Origin: Octopus bimaculoides
Lineage: Eukaryota
Direction of reading: 5' to 3'
Length of the DNA stretch: 64,000 nucleotides
Assembly (NCBI RefSeq): GCF_001194135.2
Contig: NC_068983.1
Coordinates: forward strand, 89,615,911-89,679,910
Part shown: positions 1 through 11,522 of the stretch, piece by piece
Position numbering within the stretch: position 1 is the stretch's first letter
Layout: the number at the start of each line of letters is the position of its first letter
Notes under the pieces: generated by a model
Told to the model about the DNA's origin: nothing
The model's database searches: none
What the model saw: only the letters and a program-made list of their open reading frames with translations
Translations under genes and position numbers: made by a program

Positions 1-46
<46 letters not shown>
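1..46. repeat. (AT)n microsatellite; similar (AT)n/(CA)n/(GAT)n runs occur throughout the window
   Basis: Seen directly in the sequence. Confidence 0.95.
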
Positions 47-1450
47 TTGTCTAGTTTTTCTTCAAGTGAGATGATATTCCGCTTTGTTGCTCCCTCTTCC
101 AAAGCCTAACTTTTAACTTTTGTGGCTCTATCCATAGTGGTGTTCCACCACCATGTTACTTTTTACTGAGCTTGCTGTAGCCACAGATCTGGCCTGTAGC
201 TTTCAGCAAGTTATCCCATATTGTCTCCTTTTCATTATCTAGAATTTCTCTGCACATGTGTTGAGTAGAAGGATATTTTTGCTTCTACACCTTCATTCTC
301 CAGACTATCTTTTATTTCTCAGTCTGTTGTATTCTGAAGTGAGAATCCTTACTGAAACGATGCAGCATGTCAATGCAATGAGAATCAACATCAAGCTGTT
401 CTCTGTGGTTTTTCACAAAGAAAGTGAGAAAAGACAACCCAGAAGTGTAAATAAAAAGGAATGGCTAAACAAAGCTAATGATAAAGTTGTAAGTGGATCT
501 GAATGAAACCTTTGTCTTCCCAACCCATACTGCAATAACAAAACAATATCCTAACATTACGCATGATCTGACTTGACAAAATAAGTACTGATAATTAAGC
601 TCACAGTGTTTTGGAAGGGCATTATGGAATAGAAATATGAAAAGAAAGAAATTATATGAAGCATATAGATGAGAACAAAAGATGTTTCTTTTGAAATTGG
701 AGTGTTGTGAATTTGTAGGTGGATCCATAATGCTCTGTTTGACTAACACTGGACTTAGAGAGGACAGCAGAGCACTGGTTCACAAAGTGGGGAGGATTCA
801 AGAAATTTCTTCAAAATGGATATGACAGTTGTGAGAGGAAAGTACAAATCCTCAGCTTATACTAAAACAAAATAGTTTCTGCACGATTAGACTGATTAAA
901 GCTACACTTTGTATTGAGTAGTGGTGGCAAGGATAACAATAAAAAGAGCATGCCACAGTGTGGGGCAAAAGAACCAGAACAGTTTCTCTACATCATAAGA
1001 TTAACAGACTATTCTATACACCGGCCATCACACACAACTTGTAATTATAACTAGTGATTGGATCCAATCACTTTACTAAAACAATTGGTGAATTGTGGTC
1101 TACAATTGAAACCCTTTAGTTCTGTGTCTTCCAAGTTCCATATAGCATGTTAACTGGTTCATTTTAGAATAGACTATTGTATCTAATTAGACAACATGTA
1201 ATTCAATACCTAGATCATTCAACCATTTGGGCCTTTATCTTCACAGAGAGTGAGGAGAGAGAGAAATACATCCTAATAATAGTGGCATAATGAATATGCA
1301 GACAACATAGGGCAGATATTTGGTGTGGGGGAGCAAACTTATGTTGCAGGTATGTTACATTTAAAGAAGTAGCAACCTAATTAGGCTACACAGGGTGATC
1401 AAAGCCTATACTACTAAGGTTCTGTTCTCAATCTCCTCCTATTTATCATA

Positions 1451-2745
1451 ATCCTCCAGGCGATCACAGAGGAATTCAAGACAGGTTGCCCCTGGGAGCT
1501 CCTCTATGCTTATGACCTCGCACTAATTGCGGAGTCACTATCAGAACTAGAGAAGTTTCAGGTGTGGAAGCAAGGACTAGAATCGAAGGGCCTTAGAGTC
1601 AACTTAGCTAAAACCAAAATCCTAATAAGTAGGAAGGTAGATAAAAGACAAACCCCTTCAGGTAGATGGCCCTGCTCAGCATGTAGAAAAGGAGTAGGTA
1701 GTAACTCTATAAGATGTACCCGGTGCAAGCTATGGACACATAAGAGGTGCAGCAATATCAAAGGCAGGTTAACTAGGAAGTTAGTTTTTGTATGTGGCAG
1801 ATGTTCAGGTGCAATAAACACTGTNNNNNNNNNNNNNNNNNNNNNNNNNNNNNNNNNNNNNNNNNNNNNNNNNNNNNNNNNNNNNNNNNNNNNNNNNNNN
1901 NNNNNNNNNNNNNNNNNNNNNNNNNNNNNNNNNNNNNNNNNNNNNNNNNNNNNNNNNNNNNNNNNNNNNNNNNNNNNNNNNNNNNNNNNNNNNNNNNNNN
2001 NNNNNNNNNNNNNNNNNNNNNNNNNNNNNNNNNNNNNNNNNNNNNNNNNNNNNNNNNNNNNNNNNNNNNNNNNNNNNNNNNNNNNNNNNNNNNNNNNNNN
2101 NNNNNNNNNNNNNNNNNNNNNNNNNNNNNNNNNNNNNNNNNNNNNNNNNNNNNNNNNNNNNNNNNNNNNNNNNNNNNNNNNNNNNNNNNNNNNNNNNNNN
2201 NNNNNNNNNNNNGAAGACATGCGTAAGCTCGCAAGGAATGAAGCCAATATGCTCCGTTGGATGTGTAATGTCAGTGTGCATACCCGACAGAGTGTAAGTA
2301 TCTTGAGAGAAAAGCTGAACATAAGAAGCATCAGTTGCGGTGTGCAAGAGAGACGATTGCACTGATATGGACATGTGGTGAGAATGGATGAGGATAGCTG
2401 CGTGAAAAAGTGCCACACCCTCACAGTTGAGGGAACCCGTGGAAGAGGTAGGCCCAGGAAGACCTGGGCTGAGGTGGTGAAGCAAGACCTTTGAACACTG
2501 GGCCTCACCGAGGCGATGACTACTGACCAAGACCTTTGGAAATGTGCTGTGCCTGAGAAGACCCAGTAAGCCAAGTGAGACCTAAATCCAAGGCCTCTGC
2601 CAAGGGTGTAGCCAGCCCACTTATGCGCACCTTTTTCTACATTGGACACTAAACTCCGCATGCGAAGACTTGTTGAGGCAAGTGAAATCGAATGGCGTCT
2701 CCTTCATTGGACACGAAACTCAGCTTGCAAAGACTTATTGGGGCA
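1451..2745 (+). mobile_element. RTE-clade LINE, 5'-truncated fragment (RT C-terminal part, PHD-like finger, 3' UTR), interrupted by gaps
   Basis: PWELLYAYDL (LYADD equivalent), GLRVNLAKTK, Cys/His cluster, ERRLH*YGHV. Homologous to the copy at 8520-9500. Confidence 0.88.
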
Positions 2746-2929
2746 NNNNNNNNNNNNNNNNNNNNNNNNNNNNNNNNNNNNNNNNNNNNNNNNNNNNNNN
2801 NNNNNNNNNNNNNNNNNNNNNNNNNNNNNNNNNNNNNNNNNNNNNTATATATATATACATATATATATATTTATATGTATAAGATACACACATGGCTAGA
2901 GAGACCGGTTTTTTGCTCCCACCTGATGT

Positions 2930-3480
2930 ATCGAACCCCTCTAACGGGAGTGGTGAAGGAGTGGATGTGGGAAACTTACCATGGACTGTTGGTGGTGGAA
3001 ATATGTTTAGTGGTGGCCCTGAAAAATCTTGTAATTGTAGAAACCCCTAATTGTGTCCTCTTGGCAGGTTCTGTCTGAGTACCAATGTAGTATATAAATG
3101 TGTAGTTAAAGATGAGGACAATTTAAATAAGGTTTATATGGGCAGTACAGTGAATTTTAAAGCCAAATATAGGGCCCATATGAGCCCTTTTCAAATGAAA
3201 AATATTGCAGTTCTACAACATTTGCATCTTATTTGCACGACCTTAAGAAGAATGATAAGACGTATTCTCTGGAATGGTCAATTATATCGAGAGCCCCTCA
3301 GTTTGGAGTAAATATTAGTAAATGTTTATTGTGTGTTAGGGGATCCCTTGCTATCCTTAGGTCTTTTGGGCCGAAAACCTTAAATAGGGTTACTGAAGTG
3401 ATCTCCTTCTGTAATCATAGGTTTTCATCCACATTTTTGAAAGTATGTAGGAATAAGAATAAAAATAAGAATAATTGTTA
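2930..3480 (+). mobile_element. Penelope-like element, GIY-YIG endonuclease fragment
   Basis: CPLGRFCLSTNVVYKC...VYMGST.NFK..Y and WSII.RA...KCLLC.R...LNR..EVISFCNHR across two frames. Confidence 0.75.
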
Positions 3481-3754
3481 GCGCTAGAGGGATTTGAAAC
3501 CTGCAAGGTTATATTAGTTACTACAGCCACTTTGAATGTTTAACAAGTTTTTTTTTTCCATTAGTGATGTGGAATAGTCTGCAGATGTATTCCTTCTAGG
3601 ATATATAAGCTTTGTTAAAAGGCATAATTCTTTTCTTTTCATAAGCCTGATGTGAATGTAATGTTATCCTGATGAAGGGGGCACTGCCGGAAATGAGTGA
3701 AAGAATGAAAGAATAGATTATATATATGTATGTATATATATATATATATATATA

Positions 3755-5080
3755 CAGGGGTTGGACAAAATAATGGAAACACCTAGAAACATAGCAACAT
3801 AATTTTGAAATATCTATAAAACCATCTAAAGCTGGTTTATTTTTATGTTATTTGATTTATTATTAGTGTTGCTTAACATGTTTTGCTAAAATTGCTGTTT
3901 CTTTTCAGATATCATCAGAAAAAGGTCATTAAAATGACAGATCTAGCGATCTTTCAAAGAGGTCAAATTATTGGTACTCGTATGGCAGGCGTTAGCGTAA
4001 TGAAAACAGCTAAAATGTTTGGTGCGTCAAAAAGTACTGTTTCAAAAGTAATGGTAGCCTTTGAGATAGAGGGAAAAACCTCATCAAAACAAAACTCTGG
4101 AAGAAAACCAAATCTTTCATATAGGAATCATCGAACTCTTATGTGAATTGTTAGTAAGGATCACATAAGTACAGCTCCCAGAATTACTGCAGAGCTTAAT
4201 GACAACCTTGAGAACCCAGTTTCCACTGTTTGCCTGAAGCTGCACAAAGCCTGATTTCTTGGGAGGGCAATTAGAAAACCACTATTTTCAAAAACAAATG
4301 CTGCAAAGTGTTTAGAGTGGAGTAAAAATCTACAGAATTGATCTCTAGAACAGTGGAAGAATATAATTTCCTCAGACGAATCATCCCTTACCTTATTTCC
4401 AAATACCAGTCGAGTATACATGTGGAGACAGCCAAAAGAAGAATTTGACCCAGACTGCCTTCTTCCAACTGTAAAACATGGAAGAGGATCTGTGATGATC
4501 TTGAGGTGGCTATATCTTGGAAATCCGCTGGCCCAATGGTTTCCCTTCATGGCAGAATTAATAGTCAAGACTGTCTATGCATTTTATCTAATCAAATTCA
4601 TCCTGTGGTTGCAGAACTGTTTCCGAGGGAAACACAATCTTTCAGGATGATAATGCACCAATTCACACAGCTAAAGTTGTTACTGAATGGCACAAGGAAC
4701 ATTCTAGTGAAGCTGAACATCTTATNNNNNNNNNNACCAATTCACACAGCTAAAGTTGTTACTGAATGGCACAAGGAACATTCTAGTGAAGCTGAACATC
4801 TTATCTGGCCACCACAGTCCCCAGATCTCAATATTATATAAATTTATGGTGCATTTTAGAAAAACAAGGAGTTGATATCCTCCACCATCATCACTACAAG
4901 AACTGGAGACTGTTTTAGCTGAAGAATGGACAAAAATTCCCTTGGAAACAATTCAAACTTTGTACGAGTCCATACCTTGTAGAATTCAAGGGGTAATTAC
5001 TGCTAAAGGTGGTCCTACCTCATATTAAAATAAATTTGTTTGAAATTTTAAGGTGTTTCCATTATTTTGTCCAACCCCTG
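3755..5080 (+). mobile_element. Tc1-like DNA transposon, full length, transposase broken by stops and frameshifts
   Basis: Perfect 30-bp TIR caggggttggacaaaataatggaaacacct, TA on both sides. Motifs FQRGQIIG, FSDES, TVKHGRGSVMI, QDDNAPIH, WPPQSPDLNII. Confidence 0.93.
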
Positions 5081-5098
5081 TATGTATGTGTATGTATG

Positions 5099-5170
<72 letters not shown>

Positions 5171-5596
5171 GATTGGCTGCTATATTGGAATGACTTCATG
5201 GTAAACATATATACACTGCAGTTGTCCTGATGTAGCAGCCAGTTTGTATGTCTAACTCAGTTGAGGGATTAACATTCAAAATAATATTACACAAAATTAC
5301 CATGTAACAGTTCACCTTTTTATGAAATATGAAATCATTTGTGCATTGTGTTCTGTGGTGGATACGCATATATCTTTCTGTAACTAAATATAAGATCAAA
5401 CACCTACCAAATGAGAGGGAATGATAAAAACAACTGACATGACAAATGAGATAAGGCAGCTCTGTGACTCAGCACCCTCTTTAATAGGTAAAGATAAAAA
5501 ATAAGATAAAAGTTAAATGCTATTAGAATAATGAAAGCCAATAGACATAACTAGAATTCAGTTTGCCAATTTATAAAATTATCTACTCAAACTTAC

Positions 5597-5736
5597 CTGT
5601 ACTTTTATTGGAGATTTGTCTGGATTTCTTCGATAGAAAATAGCAGAACTATTGAAGTCTGGGTCTGTGGTGTCTTTAACCACCTTGGTATAAACTTTTT
5701 CTCTTTCACATGAGATAACACAGTATGGATCAGCAC
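5597..5736 (-). CDS. CAPN5: Calpain-5-like exon GADPYCVISCEREKVYTKVVKDTTDPDFNSSAIFYRRNPDKSPIKVQ (C2 domain)
   Basis: Found manually. C2-domain DPY motif and FYR motif like CAPN5. Acceptor taactag and donor GTAAGT. 140 nt, phase 1 to 0. A C2 tail instead of penta-EF hands supports the CAPN5/6 class. Confidence 0.92.
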
Positions 5737-6849
5737 CTAGTTAAGTAAATAACCAAGGTTTTACTCAACAATGGTGATATGTGATCATTTGGAAACTGGA
5801 CAAAAAAATTAAATTGTAGGTCACTCCAAATTACACAAAGGCACTATTTGAATCAATTATTCTTGCTCTGCAAGAAAATATAAGTGAAATTGCTTTCAAA
5901 TCAAATTCTATTGGCTTAAGAAATTAAGGACATATTACAAACTGTAGTGGTTGATATGTTGCATCTGAAACAGTAACAGCCGGAAAGCTTTTGATTTTAG
6001 ATCTGCTCAGTCAGAGGTAACACGTCAGTGAAGAATCAGTTGTAAACAAGTCAACTTCGACAATAAAAAGTTATATATGAACAAATTCTAGGTTAAATGG
6101 TTGAGTGGCTCTGCTAGTCATTGATAAGTAATTACAGACAATTCTAAGCAAGATCTACTCTATAATTGCTAAAAGTTTAAATTGACTAATCTTACCTGAG
6201 TTATCTCCTTTGCTTGTTAAATTTTAAACATTAAATTTTAAACAAGTTTTTATTCTTTAATTGCAAACTTGATGCTTTACTGCATCTATTACATATGATT
6301 TACTGCAACCACCTCTGATTGTCCTTTTTAAGTAACCACATTTGTTGTACATTTATTATCTTTGAATAATCTTCTGGTAACTGATTATTACCATTACATT
6401 CCCCTAACCATTATCGATTCTTACTTTGGATAGCCTCAATCAGCTGTGTTTTTGTAGGTTGTGTAGTTCTATCAGACCTACTCAAGCAAAGCAAACCTAG
6501 TATAACAACAGTATTGAGAACAGCAGAGTTTGTAAGGGAGGTATTGCTAATTGCGTAGTTTTCTGAGTAGAATATGACCTTAAGGTAGCCCATCAAAATG
6601 TTGGCAAAGACTATGCAACTATTTTTTTTTTTGTTACCCTTGCATTTGTTAGGTTTTATTAAGCATTGCTCATTACATCTCGATATAGGATGCTCTTTAT
6701 CCACACAATATAAGTTAGCACTTACTTTACAACATCAAAAAAGAGTTTCCAGTATAACATATCCCAATCATAATATATTGGTAAGAATTAAAATCATTGA
6801 TTCATGATTATGGACACCAACACAAGTTAGCAAGTAGCAACTACTGAGC

Positions 6850-7569
6850 ATCTGCTTTTCCCCCCAGCAAAATACACTTGTCTTCTAGCCTCCCTTCTAA
6901 CTACCTGATATAGTCCCCTGCTAACACCACTCTTCCAGTCTTTCCTGGCCTGCTTCTTTACTCTAATGGCCTTGTCTACAACATCACTCCACCACCTGGT
7001 CACCCTAGTTCTTGTTGGGACTTTGAACCAGCTGCAAATTTGTTCTGTAGCACTCAGCAAGCTGTTCTGCAGGAATTTCCAGTTGCCCTCTATGTTACAA
7101 GTCTGTAGTTCCCCCTCCTTCTCATCAGATTTCTCAATTAAGGTGTCCCTAAATCTCTGACCATATAAAGGATCCTTAAGCTTCTAAATCCTTCTTTTTC
7201 AGATTGGTCTGCTTCTAGGCAACCTTCTGGCCTGAAGTCTAAAGTCACTGATGACTAGTCCATGCTGGGGGGTATATTTTTTACAAGGGATTTCTTTGCA
7301 TTTATGAGCAACCATGTATCTTGCTGTCTGGTGAGAATGAAATCAATCTGGCTAGTGTGGTCACCTGATTGATAGGTAAGCAGGCAACTGGCTGGCTTTC
7401 TGAAGTTGGTGTTGCAGATCATTAAGTTATTTGCATCGCAGAACTCCAGTAGCCTTGTCCCTTCCTCATTTCAAGAACCAATTTCATGACCCCCATGTAC
7501 TCTATGGAAAGTACCTGGCAGCTGCTCAAAATGTTCATACGAGATCCTTGTCTTTGAGTTAGCCTGTGG
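6850..7569 (-). mobile_element. RTE LINE, inverted segment (distal endonuclease and linker)
   Basis: Minus strand reads degenerate HGG...NEEGTRLLEFCDAN.LMICNTNF, SQIDFIL, and RWWSDVVDKAIRVKKQARKDWKSG...YQVVRREARRQVY. Confidence 0.85.
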
Positions 7570-9953
7570 AAGGATTGGAAGAGTAGTGGCAGCAAGGAAC
7601 TGTATCAGGTGGCTAGGAGGGAGGCTAGAAGACAGGTGTATTTAGCCAGAGAAGAAGCAGAGAAGAGGAAATTTGCCAATGTTCTGCATTGTGAGGACCA
7701 GGGACTTGAAGTGTTTGGATTGCAAGACAGTGTGTCAAAGAAAATTGTGATGTGGTAGGAGAGAAATGTATTCGCATGGATGATGGGTCACTGGCAGTTA
7801 GTAACCCTGCAAAGAAGGCGGTTTGGAAGTGCCATTATGAAAGGCTACTAAACATAGAAAGGGAGAGTCTATCTAGTGTGGATCCAACAGAGGGATCAGC
7901 AATCTGAATAGACAGTAGCATGGTAGACAAAACCATGAAGGATTTGAAGATGGGTAAATTCTCTAGCCCATCTGGAATAACCACTGAGATGCTTGAAATA
8001 TCTGGCAGAATGGGTTATAGTCTAATCATCCATATAGTTAATCAGGCTGTACATGAAGGAGTCATACCCAATGACTGGTGTAGCAGCGCCATAGTCAGCT
8101 GCTACAAAGGCAAAGGTGACACCTTAGAAATAATTACAGAGGAATCAAATTGTTGGATCAGGTGATGAAAGTTTCAGAGAGGGTCATAGACTAACTAATT
8201 AGGGAGAGAGTTAGTCTAGATGAGATGCAGTTTTGTGCACTACTGATGCTATATTTCTGTAAGGTAGCTGCAGGAGAAATACCTAACCAAAGACAAACCT
8301 CTGTACTTGGCTTTTGTTCACATGGAGAAAACCTTTGACAGGGTACCCCATGCTCTTATCTGGTGGTCAATGTGGAAATTAGGGATAGATGAGTGGTTAG
8401 TGGGAGATGTACAAGTCATGTAAGGTGAGGGTTGGCAACAAATATAAATGATGAATTCAGAGTACAAGTAGGGTTTCACCGAGGATCAGTCCTCAGCTCC
8501 CCTCTTGTCCATCATAGTCCTCCAGGAAATAAAAGAGGAATTCAAGACAAGCTGCCTCTGGGGGCTCCTCTATGCTGATGACCTTGTTATTATAGCTGAA
8601 TTACTACTAGAATTAGAGAAGAAATTTCAGGAGTGGAAGTGAGGGCTAGAGCTAAAGGGCCTTAGAGTTAACCAAGCAAAAACCAAAGTCTTAGTAAGTA
8701 GGAAAGCAGACAAATTACAAATCCCTTCAGGTCGATGGCCTACTCAATCTGTAGGAAAGATGTAGGCAGAAATTCCGTAAGATGTATCCAATGCAAGTTA
8801 TGGACACATAAGAGGTGCAGCAATATCAGAGGAAGATTAACTGGGAAAATAGTTTTTTGTGTGTAGAAGGTGCACAGGTACCATAAACATTAAAAATGCC
8901 ATCAAATACCAGAGGGGTAAGCTAGAGGTAGTTGATAGCTTCCATTATCTAGGTGATCAAGTCAGTAGCAGAGGTGGATGCTCTGAGAGCATAGCTAGAA
9001 AAATAAGAATAGGCTGGGTACAGTTCAGAGAGCTCTTACCTCTGTTGGCAATAAAAGGCCTCTCCTCCAGAGTGAAAAGCAGATTGTATGATGCCTGTGT
9101 GCAAACAGCTGTGCTACACAGCAGTGAAACATGGGTTTTGACCACTGATGACATGCAAAGGCTTAAAAGAAATGAAGCTAGCATGCTTTGCTTGATGTGC
9201 ATGTATGACAGAGTGTAAGCATATTGAGAGAAAAGTTGGACATAAGAGGCATCAGATGTGGTGTGTGAGAGAGATGATTGCACTGGTATGGTCATGTGAT
9301 GCATATGGACAAGGACAGCTGTGTAAAGAAGTGCTGATCTATAAATGTGGAAGGAACCTGGGGAAGATGTATGTAGACCCAGGAAGACATGGGACAAGGT
9401 GGTGATGCATAATCTTCAAACATTGGACCTCACAGAGGCAATGACTAATGACTGAGACCTTTGGCAATATGTTTTGCTTGACAAGACCCATCAAGCCAAG
9501 TGAAATTGTAGTCGTGGCCAATGCCAGTCTCATGTAACTGGCACCTGTGCTGGTGGCACATAAAAAGCACCTGTCAAGCGTCGGGCTTCACGGAGGTGAT
9601 GTGGCCAATGCCAGTGTTGCATAACTAGCACCCATACCAGTGGCACATAAAAAGCACTTTTCAAGCATTGGGCCTCACAGAGGCAATGACAAATGACCAA
9701 GACCTTTGACAATATGCTGTGCTTGAAAAGACCCATCAAGCCAAGTGAAATCGGCAGATACTGATGTCACACAACTGGTACATAAAAGCACTCATTACAC
9801 TTTTGGAGTGGTTGGTGTTAGGAAGGGCATCCAACCATAAATACCATGCTAAATCAAACTAGAGTCTGGCACAGCCCCTCAGCTTACCAGCTCTGGTCAA
9901 ACTGTCCAACCCATGCCAGCATGGCAATGGATATTAAATGATGATGATGATGT
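7562..9953 (+). mobile_element. RTE LINE, forward segment (linker, RT, PHD-like finger, 3' UTR, (GAT)n tail), degenerate
   Basis: IPNDWCSSAIVSCYKGKGD, EKTFDRVP, HRGSVLSSLL, LLYADDL, SFHYLGD, ggaagggcatcc 3' motif, gatgatgatg tail. Confidence 0.92.
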
Positions 9954-11522
9954 ATTGTGCTTCCATTAGGTTATTACTGTTGCTAACATTAGTTAGCACT
10001 ACTCAAGAACAGCTTAAATAATTTGATTTAGTCATATTGTTCTTAGTAGAACAACAGACAAATGCCTTGTAGCATTTTTGCTTTAATTTTACAGCTCATT
10101 GAAGTCAACTTTGCTTTTCATCCTCTGGGGACAGATAAATAAAGTACCAGCCAAGTACTAAGGTCAATTGCTCTTTCCTCTAAATTTAGAATGCAAAAGT
10201 CGTGCCTACTTACAAAACAAAAACGAGACTTTATAGAAATTTACTGTCGAAAGTCAGTTTTGACTGGCAATGGTTTTTCTCCAGTTCTGCAGAGTTACAC
10301 AACCAAAATGATGACATTGTCATTGACATCATCACTGCTGCTGCTGCTGCTGCAGCAGCAGTAGTAGTAGTCGTCGTCCATCTATTCATTTTCTACATTT
10401 GCAGAGGTAGAAAAGTTCAACAGGACCCAACAGAATAGAGGACGACATCTTGCACCCATTCTATGGGTGGATGCTCTTCTAGCATCAACTGCTTTACTAA
10501 GTGTACTAGATGCAATTTTCAGTGGTACCAGCTATAAAGGTTACTTTGCTATCAGCAAAACTAATAAACATTATCAAACCCTGTATTGTCACTGATTGAA
10601 TTGATTACCAATCACTTACAGAGTGTACTGGAAGCATTTTGTGGTGGTGGTGGTGGTGGTGGTGGTGGGGGTCACCTTGTAGTCTGAAAAGTGAAAGAGA
10701 GCCCTCATAATGAATGACACAAATTCATTGATGCAAGAGGTTAATAGTGGAAAGAATAACAGAGGAGAAGTAATATCAGGAATTAATGTGAAGGAGAGAT
10801 GGGGATCAAGTAGGAATGATGAGGAGTGCATTGAGTAGGTGGGCCCAGTGAAGGGAAAGGTCAGTTCATTTGCCATGTATTCAGGAGTTAAAAGGTTGAT
10901 CAGCCCAAGACAGTTCTTAACAGAATTAGACTGCTTTATTGTTGGGATGGGGTGGAGGGAGAGACTAACAGAGACAGAATAGGGAAGAGGGTAATATGGA
11001 AAATGGAAAGTAATGTCAGTATTTTTATGCCTGTTTTTCCATATCAGCATGGGTGAGACATATATGTTTGAGGCACTGTTAGATGCCTTTCCTTTACTAA
11101 TTCTTACGTGATTTTCAAGTAAAGAATTTATTTCATGTTTTCAAAAGCATAGAGCAAGTAGATAATTTGTTGACAGGAGAAATGACAACACCACCACCAC
11201 TTGTAGCAAGCATCTGCTGTAGAGTGCTCAAATGTAAACACATGTATGTGCATGCACACACACACACACACAAGTTTCTTTTAGATTCCATCTACAAAAT
11301 TCACTCACAAAGCTTTGATCAGCCCAGAGCATTAGTAGGAGACACTTGCCTAATGTGCAGCAGGGTGGGACTGAATCCAAACCCACATGGTTTGGAAGCA
11401 AACTTTTTAACTACACAGCTATGCCTGAGCAGGAATATTCAATAGACATTTTTGTCTTATTCTACATATTTAGTTTTCTCAAAAATTTTGGTAGTGTTGC
11501 TACAAAAGTTTTTTAAAGACTT

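Noticed and set aside
3663-3700. CTGATGA...GAAA downstream of a Penelope fragment
   Set aside because: No stem I partner or NUH site could be drawn. At most a decayed hammerhead.
4657-4804. 69-bp direct duplication within the Tc1 transposase
   Set aside because: The identical copies flank a 10-N gap, so this is an unmerged contig overlap (assembly artefact).
47-5596. Search for the terminal calpain exon (VWN/IWN start)
   Set aside because: Candidate TGG-AAY sites near 142 and 1135 lack an AG acceptor and calpain similarity.
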